Source: Candidatus Dormiibacterota bacterium
GTDB lineage: Bacteria; Chloroflexota; Dormibacteria; Aeolococcales; Aeolococcaceae
Assembly: GCA_963799005.1 (NCBI GenBank)
Contig: CAWCVK010000001.1
Span: forward strand, 512,893-576,892
Direction: 5' to 3'
DNA: 64,000 nt
Position 1 is the first letter of the stretch. Every line of letters starts with the position of its first letter. A model generated the notes under the pieces. It ran no database searches. It was given only the letters and a program-made list of their open reading frames with translations, and was not told where the DNA came from. Of the stretch, positions 28,589-39,858 are shown in pieces. The translations under genes were made by a program, and so were the position numbers.

Positions 28589-29349
28589 CCCTGGTGGTCG
28601 CCGGCGCGGCGGCCGTGTACACGCTGCGCGTCGCGGACGATTGCCTGGTGCTGTCCCACCGGCTCGCCCAGTGGTCCTCCTGGGCTCCGACCCTGGAAGA
28701 CGATGTCGCTCTGACCAACATCGCGCTGGACCTGCTCGGCCAGGCGCGGGCGATGTACGCGCGCACGGCGGAGCTCGACGGAACCGGCCGGTCGGAGGAC
28801 GACTATGCCTTCATGCGTGACGAGCGCGAATATGTCAACTGCCTGCTCGTGGAACAGGAGAACGGCGACTTCGCGACCACGATGGTTCGCCAGCTGCTCT
28901 GTTCGGCGTATCAGCTCGCGCAGTGGCGGGCGCTCACGGCGTCGACGGACGAGCAGGTGGCTGCCGTCGCGGCCAGGGCGGTGAAGGAGTCGACGTATCA
29001 CCGCGATCATGCGACCGACTGGACGCTCCGCCTCGGCGATGGGACCGACGAGAGCCATCGCCGCATGGAGACCGCGCTCGCGACGCTCTGGCCCTTCACC
29101 GACGAGCTCTTCGAAAGCGATGCGGTCACCCGTGACGTGGCCGACGCGGGCGTGGGCCCTGACCCGGCGGCGCTCCGCCCCGAGTGGGAGGCATACGTGC
29201 ATCGCGTCTTGAAGGATGCGACGTTGGTGGTTCCGGAAACCAGCTGGAAACCGATCGGAGGTCGGCAGGGACTCCATACCGAGCCGTTTGGGTACATGCT
29301 CGCCGAGATGCAGCACCTTCATCGCTCTTTTCCCGGTGTCACCTGGTGA
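28585..29349 (+). CDS. paaC: 1,2-phenylacetyl-CoA epoxidase subunit C (PaaC)
   Basis: 254 aa from a GTG overlapping the paaB stop. Ferritin-like PaaC fold (LGD...LSHRL.QW). Confidence 0.8.
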   Translation: MTLVVAGAAAVYTLRVADDCLVLSHRLAQWSSWAPTLEDDVALTNIALDLLGQARAMYARTAELDGTGRSEDDYAFMRDEREYVNCLLVEQENGDFATTMVRQLLCSAYQLAQWRALTASTDEQVAAVAARAVKESTYHRDHATDWTLRLGDGTDESHRRMETALATLWPFTDELFESDAVTRDVADAGVGPDPAALRPEWEAYVHRVLKDATLVVPETSWKPIGGRQGLHTEPFGYMLAEMQHLHRSFPGVTW

Positions 29350-29828
29350 GCGCGACCGAATCGGAGATCCGTCGTGTGGCCGGGGCGATTCCCGATCCGG
29401 AGATGCCCGCGCTGACCATCGCGGACCTCGGCATCCTTCGCGACGTCCGTGTCGACGGATCCGGCCACGTCGACGTCGACATCACGCCGACGTACTCCGG
29501 GTGCCCGGCGCTCGACACCATCCGCGAGGACGTCGAGCAGTGCATTCGAGACCACGGCTACTCCGACGTGAGCGTCCACGTGGTGCTGTCCCCGGCGTGG
29601 ACCACAGAATGGATGACCGATGCCGGCCGGGTCAAGCTCCGCGAGTACGGTGTTGCGCCGCCCCGCCCGGGTCACTTCGACGTCAGGCCGCTGGAGCTCG
29701 CGGTGGAGTGCCCGCGATGCAAGTCGCCGCGCACCCGCGAGCTTGCGCACTTCGGATCGACGCAATGCCAGGCGGTACGCCAGTGCGTCGCGTGTGGCGA
29801 GACCTTCCCGCATTTCAAGGAGCACTGA
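29346..29828 (+). CDS. paaD: Phenylacetate-CoA oxygenase subunit PaaD (PaaJ-type, DUF59 plus C-terminal Cys cluster)
   Basis: 160 aa from a GTG overlapping the paaC stop. Motifs TPTYSGCPA and CPRCKS...CVACGE. Confidence 0.8.
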   Translation: MSATESEIRRVAGAIPDPEMPALTIADLGILRDVRVDGSGHVDVDITPTYSGCPALDTIREDVEQCIRDHGYSDVSVHVVLSPAWTTEWMTDAGRVKLREYGVAPPRPGHFDVRPLELAVECPRCKSPRTRELAHFGSTQCQAVRQCVACGETFPHFKEH

Positions 29829-29832
29829 GGGT

Positions 29833-30948
29833 TTGACCTCCACGCCGGTTGCTGAGGCATCCGCGGGACATCGGCGCGCAACCATCCACCCGCTGCGGGT
29901 GAAGGACGTGGAGCCGCTGACCGACGACGCGGTGGTGATCGAGTTCGAGATCCCGCCTGAGCTCGCCGGCGACTACGCGTTCACCCACGGGCAGCACGTC
30001 TCACTCCGGTTCGAAGCCGCGGGAGACGACCTCAGACGCAGCTACTCGATCTGCAGCGCCGCCGGTAGCGGGCGGCTCCGCGTTGCGGTGAAACGCCTCC
30101 CCGGGGGACTCTTCTCGGCATACGCCATGGAGCATCTGCGCGCCGGCGACATCGTGGAGGTCGTTACACCGATCGGCCACTTCAACACGCCACTCGACCC
30201 GAGCGCTGCCAGGTCGTACGCGATGATCGCAGCCGGGAGCGGGATCACGCCCATCTTCTCCATCGTCAGCACGATCCTCGCCATCGAACGGAGCAGCACG
30301 GTGACGCTGATCTACGGAAATCGCACGGTCAAGGACATCATGTTCCTCGAGGAGCTCGAGGACCTGAAGAATCGATACCCAGAACGATTCTCCCTGTACC
30401 ACGTGCTGTCGCGCGAGGAGCAGGAGGTGCAGCTCCTGCACGGTCACATCGACGCCGAGCGGCTGCGTCTCTTCCTCGATCAGCTGCTCCCGGCGGAGGA
30501 CGTCGACGAGTGGTTCCTCTGCGGGCCGCGGGACATGATCGAGTCCGCGAGAGCGGTGCTGTTCGAACGCGGCGTTGACGCCGACCATGTCCACGCCGAG
30601 CTGTTCCACGCCAAGGATTCAGTCCGCCTCCGCACCGCCGAGCACAACGTCGCGGCAGGCACCGCAGGTGCTGCTGAGGTGACGATCATCCTCGATGGAC
30701 GCGGCTCGACCTTTCCCGTGGATCCGGATGGCGAGCGAATCCTCGACGCCGCACTGCGAGTCCGCTCCGACGCGCCCTACGCATGCAAGGGCGGTGTCTG
30801 CGGCACCTGTCGCGCCCGGCTGGTCAGCGGCAGCGTCGAGATGGATCAGCACTTCGCGCTGGAACAGCGCGAGATCGACTCGGGCTTCGTGCTCGCCTGC
30901 CAGTCGCACCCCACCTCACCGAAGGTCGTCCTCGACTTCGACCAGTGA
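29833..30948 (+). CDS. paaE: Phenylacetate-CoA oxygenase reductase subunit PaaE (FNR-like plus plant-type 2Fe-2S ferredoxin)
   Basis: About 371 aa. Collinear with E. coli PaaE (R.YSICS flavin site, GSGITP NAD site, C-terminal CKGGVCGTC ferredoxin). Start codon uncertain (TTG 29833 or a downstream GTG). Confidence 0.8.
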   Translation: MTSTPVAEASAGHRRATIHPLRVKDVEPLTDDAVVIEFEIPPELAGDYAFTHGQHVSLRFEAAGDDLRRSYSICSAAGSGRLRVAVKRLPGGLFSAYAMEHLRAGDIVEVVTPIGHFNTPLDPSAARSYAMIAAGSGITPIFSIVSTILAIERSSTVTLIYGNRTVKDIMFLEELEDLKNRYPERFSLYHVLSREEQEVQLLHGHIDAERLRLFLDQLLPAEDVDEWFLCGPRDMIESARAVLFERGVDADHVHAELFHAKDSVRLRTAEHNVAAGTAGAAEVTIILDGRGSTFPVDPDGERILDAALRVRSDAPYACKGGVCGTCRARLVSGSVEMDQHFALEQREIDSGFVLACQSHPTSPKVVLDFDQ

Positions 30949-30959
30949 CTGGCACGCGA

Positions 30960-31931
30960 TCAGATGATCGGGGTCAGCCAGCTCGCGTAGCCGTCGTTCT
31001 CGCCCTTGCAGACGCCGAAGTAGAGGTCCTGGAGCTTCCTGGTCACCGGACCGGGTGACCCCGAGCCGATCGTGCGCTGGTCGATCTCGATGACCGCCGA
31101 CACCTCGGCGCCGGTGCCGCAGAGCAGGACCTCGTCGGCCACGTAGAGCTCGCTGCGGTCGATGGTGCGTTCCACCACCTTGACGCCGAGCTCGTCGCGG
31201 GCAAAGGTCATGAGCACCGAGCGCGTGATGCCTTCGACGATGTTCTCCGAGGCCGGCGGCGTGATCAGCGTCCCGCGCCGGAGGATGAACAGGTTCTCAG
31301 CGCTGCCCTCACAGACGTGTCCGTCCTGGGTCATGAGGATCGCCTCGTCGAATCCGTTGAGAAATGCCTCGGTCTTGGCGAGTGCGCTGTTGATGTAGAT
31401 GCCGGTCGCCTTCGATCGCGCCGGCGCGACGTTGTCGTCGATGCGCCGCCAGCTCGACACCTGGCAGCGAATGCCTCCCGTTGTGTCCACGTACGCGCCG
31501 AACGGCACCGGCACGATCATGAAGCCGTCACGTAAGTTGTGGAACCGGATGCCGATCTCCTCATTCGCTTTGAAGACGAGTGGGCGAATGTAGACATCGG
31601 TTCGAAAGTTGTTGCGGCGCATCAGTTCGACGGTGATGTCACACAAATCGTCGACACTGTGGGGCAGCTCCATGTGGAGCATGCGCGCATTGCCGATCAT
31701 GCGTGCGAAGTGATCGGCCATCCGGAAGACGTTGATCCGATGCTGGTGCTCGCTCCAGTACGCCCTGATCCCCTCGAAGCAGCCGGTCCCGTAGTGGAGC
31801 GCGTGGGTGAGCAGGCCGAGATGCGCATCGCCGTACCTGCACAGCTCGCCGTCGAAGTACACCCACGTGTCGGCCTGCGCGCGGCGAAGCTCAGACGCCG
31901 CGACGGGTGCCTTGGTAGGGCTCTCAGTCAT
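30960..31931 (-). CDS. ilvE: Class IV (branched-chain/aromatic-type) amino-acid aminotransferase IlvE-like
   Basis: Internal Met start (MTESPTKAPV..) of ORF 30960..32252 gives 323 aa. IlvE-family motifs (YHYGTGCFEG.RAY, E.SAENLF, GTGAEV). Confidence 0.8.
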   Translation of the reverse strand: MTESPTKAPVAASELRRAQADTWVYFDGELCRYGDAHLGLLTHALHYGTGCFEGIRAYWSEHQHRINVFRMADHFARMIGNARMLHMELPHSVDDLCDITVELMRRNNFRTDVYIRPLVFKANEEIGIRFHNLRDGFMIVPVPFGAYVDTTGGIRCQVSSWRRIDDNVAPARSKATGIYINSALAKTEAFLNGFDEAILMTQDGHVCEGSAENLFILRRGTLITPPASENIVEGITRSVLMTFARDELGVKVVERTIDRSELYVADEVLLCGTGAEVSAVIEIDQRTIGSGSPGPVTRKLQDLYFGVCKGENDGYASWLTPII

Positions 31932-33150
31932 CCGCACCTGCCTGGTCGGGTGCTTCGACAAGGTCCGCGAGATGCCGGAGGAAGCCGCCGGCGACACCCC
32001 CATCGGCGACGCGGTGATCGAAGACGAGCGAGAGCTCAACCACCGAGCGCGGCACCACGTAGTCGTCCACGACCCAGGGGCGGGTCGCGATCCGTCCGAC
32101 GCCGAGGATCGCTGCCTCGGGCGGATTGATGATCGCCGTGCCCCCGTCAACACCGAAGGCACCGAAGTTGGACACGGTGAAGGTGCTGCCACGAAGATCG
32201 GTCGCGGCAATGGAGCCGTCGCGTGCAGCGCTCGCAAGCCGCTGGAGCTCATCGGCGATGCCCGGCAACGACTTGCTCTGCGCGTCGCGAATCACGGCGA
32301 CGACGAGGCCGCGATCGGTTTGGACGGCGACCCCGAGGTGGATCGGCGTGAATTGCACGATCTGGTTCGCCTCGGTGTCGAAATGCGCATTGAGCCGGGG
32401 GAATTGCCGGAGCGCGATCACGCAGAGCCGAAGGATGATCGCGAAGGCTGTGACCGAGGCATCCGTGGTTCCGGGCGGCAGCTCCGCACGCAATTCCATG
32501 AGCCGGGTTGCGTCGGCGCGGGCAACGGCGGTCGCGGTGGGTGCGTCGCGATGGGACCTCGTGAGCCGTTCCGCGGAGACCCGGTCGACGCCGGTGAGCG
32601 CCATACGGTGGGTACCGGCGACTGTCGCCGCGCGGGGGCTGGACGGGGCGGCGCCGTCGTTCCTCGACGCGCCCTCGAGGTCGGCCTGGGTCACCATGCC
32701 CCCGGGCCCGCTTCCCGCAACGCTCGCGAGGTCGATGCCGAGCTCGGCGGCGAGCCGTCGAACCAGCGGGGACGCCGGAGGCGATCCGCCAGGCGGCGCC
32801 GATCCGCTCGTGCTCGCCGGCGCGGCGCTCCGGCGCGGCCGCGGCGGGGACTCGCTGGTCCCGTACCCGACCAGGAGGTTGCCGGATTCGGACGCGGCCG
32901 GCGCGGCCGCGACTTCGATGCTGATCAGCGGTTTCCCGACCCCGACGGTCTCTCCCTCTCCGCCATGCAGCCTGGCCACGCGTCCGGCGAAGGGAGTCGG
33001 CACCTCGACAACGGCTTTCTCGGTGGTGATCTCGGCGATCGGTTGATCGACCACGACCACGTCACCCTCGGCCACCAGCCAGCGATTGATCTCGCCCTCG
33101 GTGAGGCCTTCGCCGAGGTCCGGCATGAGGAAGTCGCGAATCGTCGGCAT
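31924..33150 (-). CDS. 2-oxoacid dehydrogenase complex E2 (dihydrolipoamide acyltransferase), single lipoyl domain
   Basis: 408 aa. Lipoyl-lysine motif EITTEKAV, E3-binding domain, and catalytic C-terminal DHRVADG. Confidence 0.8.
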   Translation of the reverse strand: MPTIRDFLMPDLGEGLTEGEINRWLVAEGDVVVVDQPIAEITTEKAVVEVPTPFAGRVARLHGGEGETVGVGKPLISIEVAAAPAASESGNLLVGYGTSESPPRPRRSAAPASTSGSAPPGGSPPASPLVRRLAAELGIDLASVAGSGPGGMVTQADLEGASRNDGAAPSSPRAATVAGTHRMALTGVDRVSAERLTRSHRDAPTATAVARADATRLMELRAELPPGTTDASVTAFAIILRLCVIALRQFPRLNAHFDTEANQIVQFTPIHLGVAVQTDRGLVVAVIRDAQSKSLPGIADELQRLASAARDGSIAATDLRGSTFTVSNFGAFGVDGGTAIINPPEAAILGVGRIATRPWVVDDYVVPRSVVELSLVFDHRVADGGVAGGFLRHLADLVEAPDQAGADD

Positions 33151-33153
33151 CGT

Positions 33154-34128
33154 TCAGTACTCGAGCAGTCGCGAGACCGCGTCGAGGATGCGATCGGCGT
33201 CGGGCAGGAAGTGGCGTTCGATCTTGGCCGACGGATACGGAACGTCGAACCCGGTCACGCGCAACACCGGAGCCGCCAGGTAGCCGAAGGCGCGCTCGCT
33301 CAACTCGGCGGCGATCTCCGCCCCGTATCCGACGAAGCGCGCCGCTTCGTGGACGACCAGTGCACGCCCGGTCCTGGTTGCACTCGCCACCAGGGTGTCG
33401 CTGTCGAGAGGCGACAGGGTGCGGACGTCGATGACCTCGAGCTCCCAGCCACTCTCCTCGGCGCCACGCGTCGCCGCCTCCATCGCGGTGGTCACCATCG
33501 GTCCGTAGGCGATGACCGTCGCGGTCGTCCCGGCGCGGCGCACGACCGCCTCGCCGATCGGTGGGGCGGTCACCGGCAGGTCGAGGTCCTCCTTCAGCCA
33601 GTAGCGGCGCTTCGGCTCAAGGAAGATGACCGGATCGTCGAACGCGATCGACGCGCGGAGCAGCGCGTAGGCATCTCCGGGCGTCCCGGGTGAGACCACG
33701 GTGAGCCCGGCGGTGTGCGCGTAGTAGGCCTCGGGGCTCTCCGAGTGGTGCTCGACGGCCCCGATGCCGCCCCCATAGGGAATGCGGATCACCATCGGCA
33801 ACCCGACGCTGCCGCGGGTCCGGTTTCGGTACTTTGCGACGTGGCTGATCACCTGGTTGAGCGCCGGGTAGGAGAAGCCGTCGAACTGCATCTCCACCAC
33901 CGGACGCAGCCCATAGATCGCCATGCCGATCGCCGTGCCCGCGATGCCCGACTCCGCGACCGGGGTGTCGAAACAGCGGTCCGAGCCCATCTGCGCCTGA
34001 AGTCCGTCGGTGACGCGGAAGACACCGCCCAGCTTGCCGACGTCCTCGCCGTAGACGACCACGGAGTCGTCCGCGCGCATCGAGTCGCGAAGCGCCGCGT
34101 TGAGCGCGGCGGCCATGGTCAGCTCCAT
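33154..34128 (-). CDS. 2-oxoacid dehydrogenase E1 component beta subunit
   Basis: 324 aa. Transketolase-like pyrimidine-binding and C-terminal domains typical of E1beta. Confidence 0.85.
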   Translation of the reverse strand: MELTMAAALNAALRDSMRADDSVVVYGEDVGKLGGVFRVTDGLQAQMGSDRCFDTPVAESGIAGTAIGMAIYGLRPVVEMQFDGFSYPALNQVISHVAKYRNRTRGSVGLPMVIRIPYGGGIGAVEHHSESPEAYYAHTAGLTVVSPGTPGDAYALLRASIAFDDPVIFLEPKRRYWLKEDLDLPVTAPPIGEAVVRRAGTTATVIAYGPMVTTAMEAATRGAEESGWELEVIDVRTLSPLDSDTLVASATRTGRALVVHEAARFVGYGAEIAAELSERAFGYLAAPVLRVTGFDVPYPSAKIERHFLPDADRILDAVSRLLEY

Positions 34129-35246
34129 CAGGTCTCCTGGGCCGCCTGCAACTCCTGGCCGAGCAGCGTTCGCTGAGCGTCGAGCTGTGGGGTGCGCCTT
34201 GCGTACACGTGGTCGAACATCTCACGAGGATCGCCGGCGGGAGCGTCGAAGAGAAAGTCACGCATGCGCGCGGCGGTCGCCTCGCCTTCGGCGTCGACGT
34301 CCGCCAGGAACCCGCTGTCGACGACGCCGCCGTCACGCAGCACCCGAAGGAATCCTTCCACAGGATCGCGCTCGCGCCACTCGGTCGCCTCGTCATCGCT
34401 GCGGTACCGGGTGGTGTCGTCGGCGGTGGTGTGCGCCTCGAGCCGGTAGGTCACGGCCTCGACCAGCGTGGGTCCGTCGCCGCGACGCGCACGATCGACC
34501 GCCGTCTGCACAGCTCCGTAGACCGAGACGACGTCATTGCCGTCGACGCGGATGCCCGGCATGCCGACACCGGCCGCGCGCAGCGCGATCGACGAGGCCC
34601 TGGTCTGGAGGTGATAGGGAACGCTGATCGCGTAGCCGTTGTTCTGGACGACGAACACGACCGGGGCGCCACGCACCCCCGCGATGTTCAGCGCCTCGTG
34701 GGCGTCACCCTCGCTGGCCGCACCGTCGCCGAAGAAGGTCAGCGCGACGATCGGGTCGTGCTTCATCTGCGCCGCCATCGCGAGCCCGACCGCGTGCAGC
34801 GCCTGGGTGGCCAGCGGGGTCGTCAGCGGAGCGACCCGGTAGCGGTAGGGATCGAAGCCGCAGTGCCAGGTCCCCGAGAAGAGCGCGAGCAACTCGACGA
34901 TGTCAACTCCTCGGGCGAACGCGCCCACGGTCTCACGGTAGGTCGGGAAGAGCCAGTCGTCCGGCTCGAGCGCGAAGACCGCGCCCACCTGCGCCGCCTC
35001 CTGGCCGTGGCTCGAGGCGAACACGCCGAGCGCTCCCTGACGGGTCAGATTGATCGCCTGGCGGTCGACGCGCCGGCTCAGCGCCATCAGGCGGTAGAGC
35101 GACCGCAGCTGGTCGCTGCTCAGCTCAACGTTGTGTGGTTGCGCAGCGCCGAGAGCCCCCTCGGCGCCGGCGTCCTGCCAGAACGCCTTTGCCGGCCCCG
35201 GAAATGAGGACGGTCCGCTGGTCGCCGACGACACCTCCACGCTCAC
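34128..35246 (-). CDS. 2-oxoacid dehydrogenase E1 component alpha subunit (TPP-binding)
   Basis: 372 aa. TPP motif GDGA(A)SEGD...N. Start overlaps the E1beta gene. Confidence 0.85.
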   Translation of the reverse strand: MSVEVSSATSGPSSFPGPAKAFWQDAGAEGALGAAQPHNVELSSDQLRSLYRLMALSRRVDRQAINLTRQGALGVFASSHGQEAAQVGAVFALEPDDWLFPTYRETVGAFARGVDIVELLALFSGTWHCGFDPYRYRVAPLTTPLATQALHAVGLAMAAQMKHDPIVALTFFGDGAASEGDAHEALNIAGVRGAPVVFVVQNNGYAISVPYHLQTRASSIALRAAGVGMPGIRVDGNDVVSVYGAVQTAVDRARRGDGPTLVEAVTYRLEAHTTADDTTRYRSDDEATEWRERDPVEGFLRVLRDGGVVDSGFLADVDAEGEATAARMRDFLFDAPAGDPREMFDHVYARRTPQLDAQRTLLGQELQAAQET

Positions 35247-35257
35247 TTCGATCGATC

Positions 35258-36070
<813 letters not shown>

Positions 36071-36079
36071 GGAGCGCTG

Positions 36080-36874
36080 CTACCGGCCGGTGAAGGCGGG
36101 CTTCCGCTTCTCCTGAAATGCGGCGATGCCATCCTGGTAATCGTGCGTCCGTGACGCGCGGCCCTGCGCCGCGGCCTCGGCGGCGAGCACCTCCGAGAAC
36201 GCCGACGACCCGTCCCGGATCTGCCGGACGATGCGCTTGGATTCGAGGAACGCCGACGTGGGACCGTGGGCGATCGCGCCGGCCATCTCGCGTGTCCGGC
36301 GGACGAGGTCGGCGGCGGCGACGCTGCGGTTCACGAGCCCCCATTCCGCGGCCTCGCGCCCGGACAGCAGCCGCCCCGTGTAGATCAGCTCGAGGGCACG
36401 GTGCGAGCCTATGCGCTCAACGAATGCGGCGTGCGCGCCACTGTCGAGCACGGCACCGATTCGCGCGAACGGGGAACCGATCCGCGCGTCGTCGGCCGCA
36501 TACACGATGTCGCACGCGAGTGCGAGACCGAGGCCCGTTCCGAGGCACGCACCGTGGACGGCCGCGAGCGTCGGGACGGCGAGGCCGGCCATACGCGCCA
36601 AGAGCGGGTTGAACTCATCGCGGAGGATCGCCTCGCCGTCCTCGTGCGCGGGATCGGCATCGACGAGGTCACGTCCGCTGCAGAAGGCGCGTCCCTCGCC
36701 ACGGACGAGGACGGCGCGAGCCCCGCCGGTCTCCGCCGCTGCAAGGCTTTCCAGCAGCTCGCGCACCATCACCGCGTTCATCGCGTTCAGCCTTTCGGGA
36801 CGGTCGAGCACAAGTTCGGCGAAGCCGTCGTCGATGGTCAGACGAACCGTCCGGCCGTCCTCAGATTCCGGCAT
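36080..36874 (-). CDS. Enoyl-CoA hydratase/isomerase (crotonase family, PaaG/PaaF-like)
   Basis: 264 aa. Crotonase motifs (GEGRAFCSGRD, VHGACLGTGLGLA). Confidence 0.7.
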   Translation of the reverse strand: MPESEDGRTVRLTIDDGFAELVLDRPERLNAMNAVMVRELLESLAAAETGGARAVLVRGEGRAFCSGRDLVDADPAHEDGEAILRDEFNPLLARMAGLAVPTLAAVHGACLGTGLGLALACDIVYAADDARIGSPFARIGAVLDSGAHAAFVERIGSHRALELIYTGRLLSGREAAEWGLVNRSVAAADLVRRTREMAGAIAHGPTSAFLESKRIVRQIRDGSSAFSEVLAAEAAAQGRASRTHDYQDGIAAFQEKRKPAFTGR

Positions 36875-37328
36875 AGGGCGCGCGCTCCCTGGCGGTGAGA
36901 ATCTTCAACTGGCTGGCACAGACGGTCACGCCGTTCTGGTTGAGCACGTCCCAGCGGTACGAGACCAGCCCCGACTTCGCGTCGCGATCCGCCTTCTCGA
37001 TCACCTCGATGTCGAGATAGATGGTGTCGTTGATCCAGGTCGGGGCGGTGTAGCGCAGGCGGTCGGTTCCGTAGTTGGCGAGGATGGTCGTCGCGTCGCT
37101 GGGCACGCCCAGCCCTGTCCCCAGCGCGAACACCATGATCCCGGGCGCGACCCGCTGACCGAACATGGATCGCTCCGCCGCGACCCGGTCGATGTGCGGG
37201 TAGAACCAATCGCCGGTCAGCGCGCACCAGTTGACGATGTCCGTCTCGGTGATGGTTCGTCCCCGGGTGCGCTGGGTCTGACCAACCTCCAGCTCGTCGT
37301 AGGTCCGGTACAGAAGAAAACGATCCAC
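36861..37328 (-). CDS. MaoC-family dehydratase (hot-dog fold)
   Basis: 155 aa. MaoC-like motif D.FYPHID. 14-nt overlap with the downstream crotonase gene. Confidence 0.7.
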   Translation of the reverse strand: MDRFLLYRTYDELEVGQTQRTRGRTITETDIVNWCALTGDWFYPHIDRVAAERSMFGQRVAPGIMVFALGTGLGVPSDATTILANYGTDRLRYTAPTWINDTIYLDIEVIEKADRDAKSGLVSYRWDVLNQNGVTVCASQLKILTARERAPYAGI

Positions 37329-37387
37329 CCCGGCGATGCCTCCCGTGCTCCGCGCGTTTGCGTCTCCGACCGGCGGGCTGGGGAAGT

Positions 37388-38698
37388 CTACGACCGGCGG
37401 TCGATCACCCGCTGGAGCTTCCCGGCCGACCGTTCCAGGGTGTCGGGACTAACAACCTCCACCTCGACGGTGACCCCCACCCGATCCTTGACCTCACGAG
37501 CCAGCGCCTGCGCGGCCGCGTCGCGGCGCTCGGGAGGACAATCGGAACGAGCCTCGACGCGCACCCTCAACGTGTCGAGCCGGCCGGCGCGATCGAGGAT
37601 GAGCTGGAAGTGGGGCGCGAGACCGTTGGTACCGAGGATGAGCTCCTCGAGTTGCGTGGGGAAGACGTTGACCCCGCGCAGGATGATCATGTCATCGCTC
37701 CGCCCGGTCACCTTCTCCATGCGCCGGAACGCCGGACGCGCCGTGCCCGGAAGCAGCCGGGTGAGATCGCGTGTGCGATAGCGGACGATGGGCAGTGCCT
37801 GCTTGGTGAGCGAGGTGAACACCAGCTCACCGAACTCACCGTCGGGGAGCACCGCGCCACTGACCGGGTCGATCACCTCCGGGTAGAAGTGATCCTCCCA
37901 GATGTGCAGGCCATCCTTGGTTTCGACGCACTCCTGCGAAACCCCCGGCCCCATGACCTCCGACAGTCCGTAGATGTCCACCGCGTGCATGTCGAGGCGT
38001 TGTTCGATCTCGGCGCGCATCGCCTCGGTCCACGGCTCCGCGCCGAAGATCCCAATCCGCAACGAGGAGGTCCGCGGGTCGACGCCCTGGCGTTCGAACT
38101 CGTCGATGAGGGCGAGCATGTACGACGGCGTCACCATGATGATGGCGGGCTCGAAGTCTCGGATCAGCTGCACCTGGCGCGGCGTCATCCCGCCGGATAC
38201 GGGGATGACGGTGCAGCCGAGGCGTTCGGCGCCGTAGTGCGCGCCCAGGCCTCCGGTGAAGAGCCCGTAGCCGTACGCAACGTGGACGATATCGCCGGCG
38301 CGCCCACCGGCGGCACGGATGGATCGAGCCATCAGGTCCGCCCAGATGTCGAGGTCATCCTGGGTGTAGCCGACGACCGTCGGGCGCCCGGTGGTGCCGC
38401 TCGAGGCGTGGATGCGGCGCACCTGCGCCTGCGCCACGGCGAACATGCCGAACGGGTAGTTGTCGCGCAGGTCTGCCTTGGTGGTCAAGGGGAATCTGGC
38501 GAGGTCGTCGAGCGTTTCGCAGTCGTCAGGTGTGACCCCGGCGGCCGCGAACGCGCGACGATAGTGGGGCACGTGCGCATAGGCGTGATGCAACGACCAG
38601 CGCAGCCGTCGGAGTTGCAGGTCGAGCAGGGCATCGCGGCTCAGCCGTTCGCCCGCATCGAGCAGCTCATCCGGCGGCGCCGTGCCGAGAAGGGTCAC
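37388..38698 (-). CDS. paaK: Phenylacetate-CoA ligase PaaK
   Basis: 436 aa from the GTG at 38698. Collinear with E. coli PaaK (RIHASSGTTG.PTVVGYT, GLFTGGLGAHYGAERLG, GLSEVMGPGV, PVIRYRTRDLTRLLPGTAR). Confidence 0.85.
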   Translation of the reverse strand: MTLLGTAPPDELLDAGERLSRDALLDLQLRRLRWSLHHAYAHVPHYRRAFAAAGVTPDDCETLDDLARFPLTTKADLRDNYPFGMFAVAQAQVRRIHASSGTTGRPTVVGYTQDDLDIWADLMARSIRAAGGRAGDIVHVAYGYGLFTGGLGAHYGAERLGCTVIPVSGGMTPRQVQLIRDFEPAIIMVTPSYMLALIDEFERQGVDPRTSSLRIGIFGAEPWTEAMRAEIEQRLDMHAVDIYGLSEVMGPGVSQECVETKDGLHIWEDHFYPEVIDPVSGAVLPDGEFGELVFTSLTKQALPIVRYRTRDLTRLLPGTARPAFRRMEKVTGRSDDMIILRGVNVFPTQLEELILGTNGLAPHFQLILDRAGRLDTLRVRVEARSDCPPERRDAAAQALAREVKDRVGVTVEVEVVSPDTLERSAGKLQRVIDRRS

Positions 38699-39093
38699 GC
38701 GGAGTCCCTGCCGAGGCTGCGGCTGGTTCCACGAAATTCGGCGATGACCTCCTCGCCGCGGCGAACCGTGACGTCGTAGATCCCCGAGCGCCCGAATCGA
38801 GTGCGCTCGACGGCCCGCGCCTCGAGCACATCGCCGGCATACGAAGGTGCGACGAAGGTGATGTCTGCCGCGGCCGCGACTGTCAGCGGCCCGTGGCTGT
38901 TGCACGCGCAGGCGAACGCCGTATCGGCAACGGCAAAGACAAATGCACCGTGGGTGATGCCGTGGCCGTTGACCATGTCCGCGCGGATCGTCAAAGTCGC
39001 GGTCGCGGTTCCAGCGGCGACGTCGCGCACCTGGATCCCAAGTGCCCGTGATGCGACGTCAGCGGCGAGCATGCGGGTCACCGAATCACTCAT
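38695..39093 (-). CDS. paaI: Hydroxyphenylacetyl-CoA thioesterase PaaI (hot-dog fold)
   Basis: Internal Met (MSDSVTRMLAAD..) gives 132 aa. Hot-dog thioesterase motif NGHGITHGAFVFAVADTAF. Stop overlaps the paaK start (GTGA). Confidence 0.75.
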   Translation of the reverse strand: MSDSVTRMLAADVASRALGIQVRDVAAGTATATLTIRADMVNGHGITHGAFVFAVADTAFACACNSHGPLTVAAAADITFVAPSYAGDVLEARAVERTRFGRSGIYDVTVRRGEEVIAEFRGTSRSLGRDSA

Positions 39094-39124
39094 CCGGCCT
39101 CCAGTGAGTAGCGGTCCCCAACAG

Positions 39125-39718
39125 TCAGATGGCCAGTTTGGTATCGGCGACGGCGGCAACGGCGCCGGCCGCGCCTCCCAGGGTCACCTCCGCCGTCGAG
39201 CGTCTGCCGCCGAGGTAGAGGATGAGCTCGGACGGCCGGCCGCTGAGCGTTGCCGTGTCCCCGGATCCGTACCGTCGCCGCTGCCCGTCGGGACCGATCA
39301 ACTCGACCCCGTAGGGCCGGACCCGGCGTGCGACTCGACGAGCACTGAAGCCGGCCATCCGCCAGCTCAGCGCCTCGAGGTCGGGGCTCGATGGGCGGGG
39401 GCCACGCCCGTTGGCGCGGCGGACGTCCTCGTGGTGGATGAAGTATTCCAGGCCGTTGAGCACGTCGCGAACGCGTGGCAGACGCCAGGGCACCAGCGGT
39501 GCCCCGGCTCGCAGGCGGCCGACCATCGTGGGGAGCCCCTTCGCTTTCTCCACCGCGCGCTGAGCGTCGGACCAGCGGTGGAAGTGCTCGCGGAGCACCA
39601 GGTGGGCTGCGAGGTCCGCGGTGGTCCAACCCTCGCACAATGTGGGCGCGTCAGGACCGAGTTCGAGCAAGAGGTCGCAGAGTTCGAGGCGTTCTCGGAC
39701 GTCGATCGGTGCGCTCAT
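39125..39718 (-). CDS. DinB/maleylpyruvate-isomerase-N-terminal-family protein (mycothiol-dependent enzyme family, TIGR03083-like)
   Basis: Internal Met gives 197 aa. N-terminal region L.......L.....W...DL..HL is typical of the family. Confidence 0.55.
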   Translation of the reverse strand: MSAPIDVRERLELCDLLLELGPDAPTLCEGWTTADLAAHLVLREHFHRWSDAQRAVEKAKGLPTMVGRLRAGAPLVPWRLPRVRDVLNGLEYFIHHEDVRRANGRGPRPSSPDLEALSWRMAGFSARRVARRVRPYGVELIGPDGQRRRYGSGDTATLSGRPSELILYLGGRRSTAEVTLGGAAGAVAAVADTKLAI

Positions 39719-39858
39719 CGATATCGAAAGGCAGCCTACCTTCTCGAGGCTCTGACCCCGCCTGCTCAGCAGACGACCCGGATGCCCTGGCACGCGACAC
39801 GACGCGAGCGTCTGACATGCACACGAGCGCGCTCAGCTGTGTGTGCGCCTACCCGGGC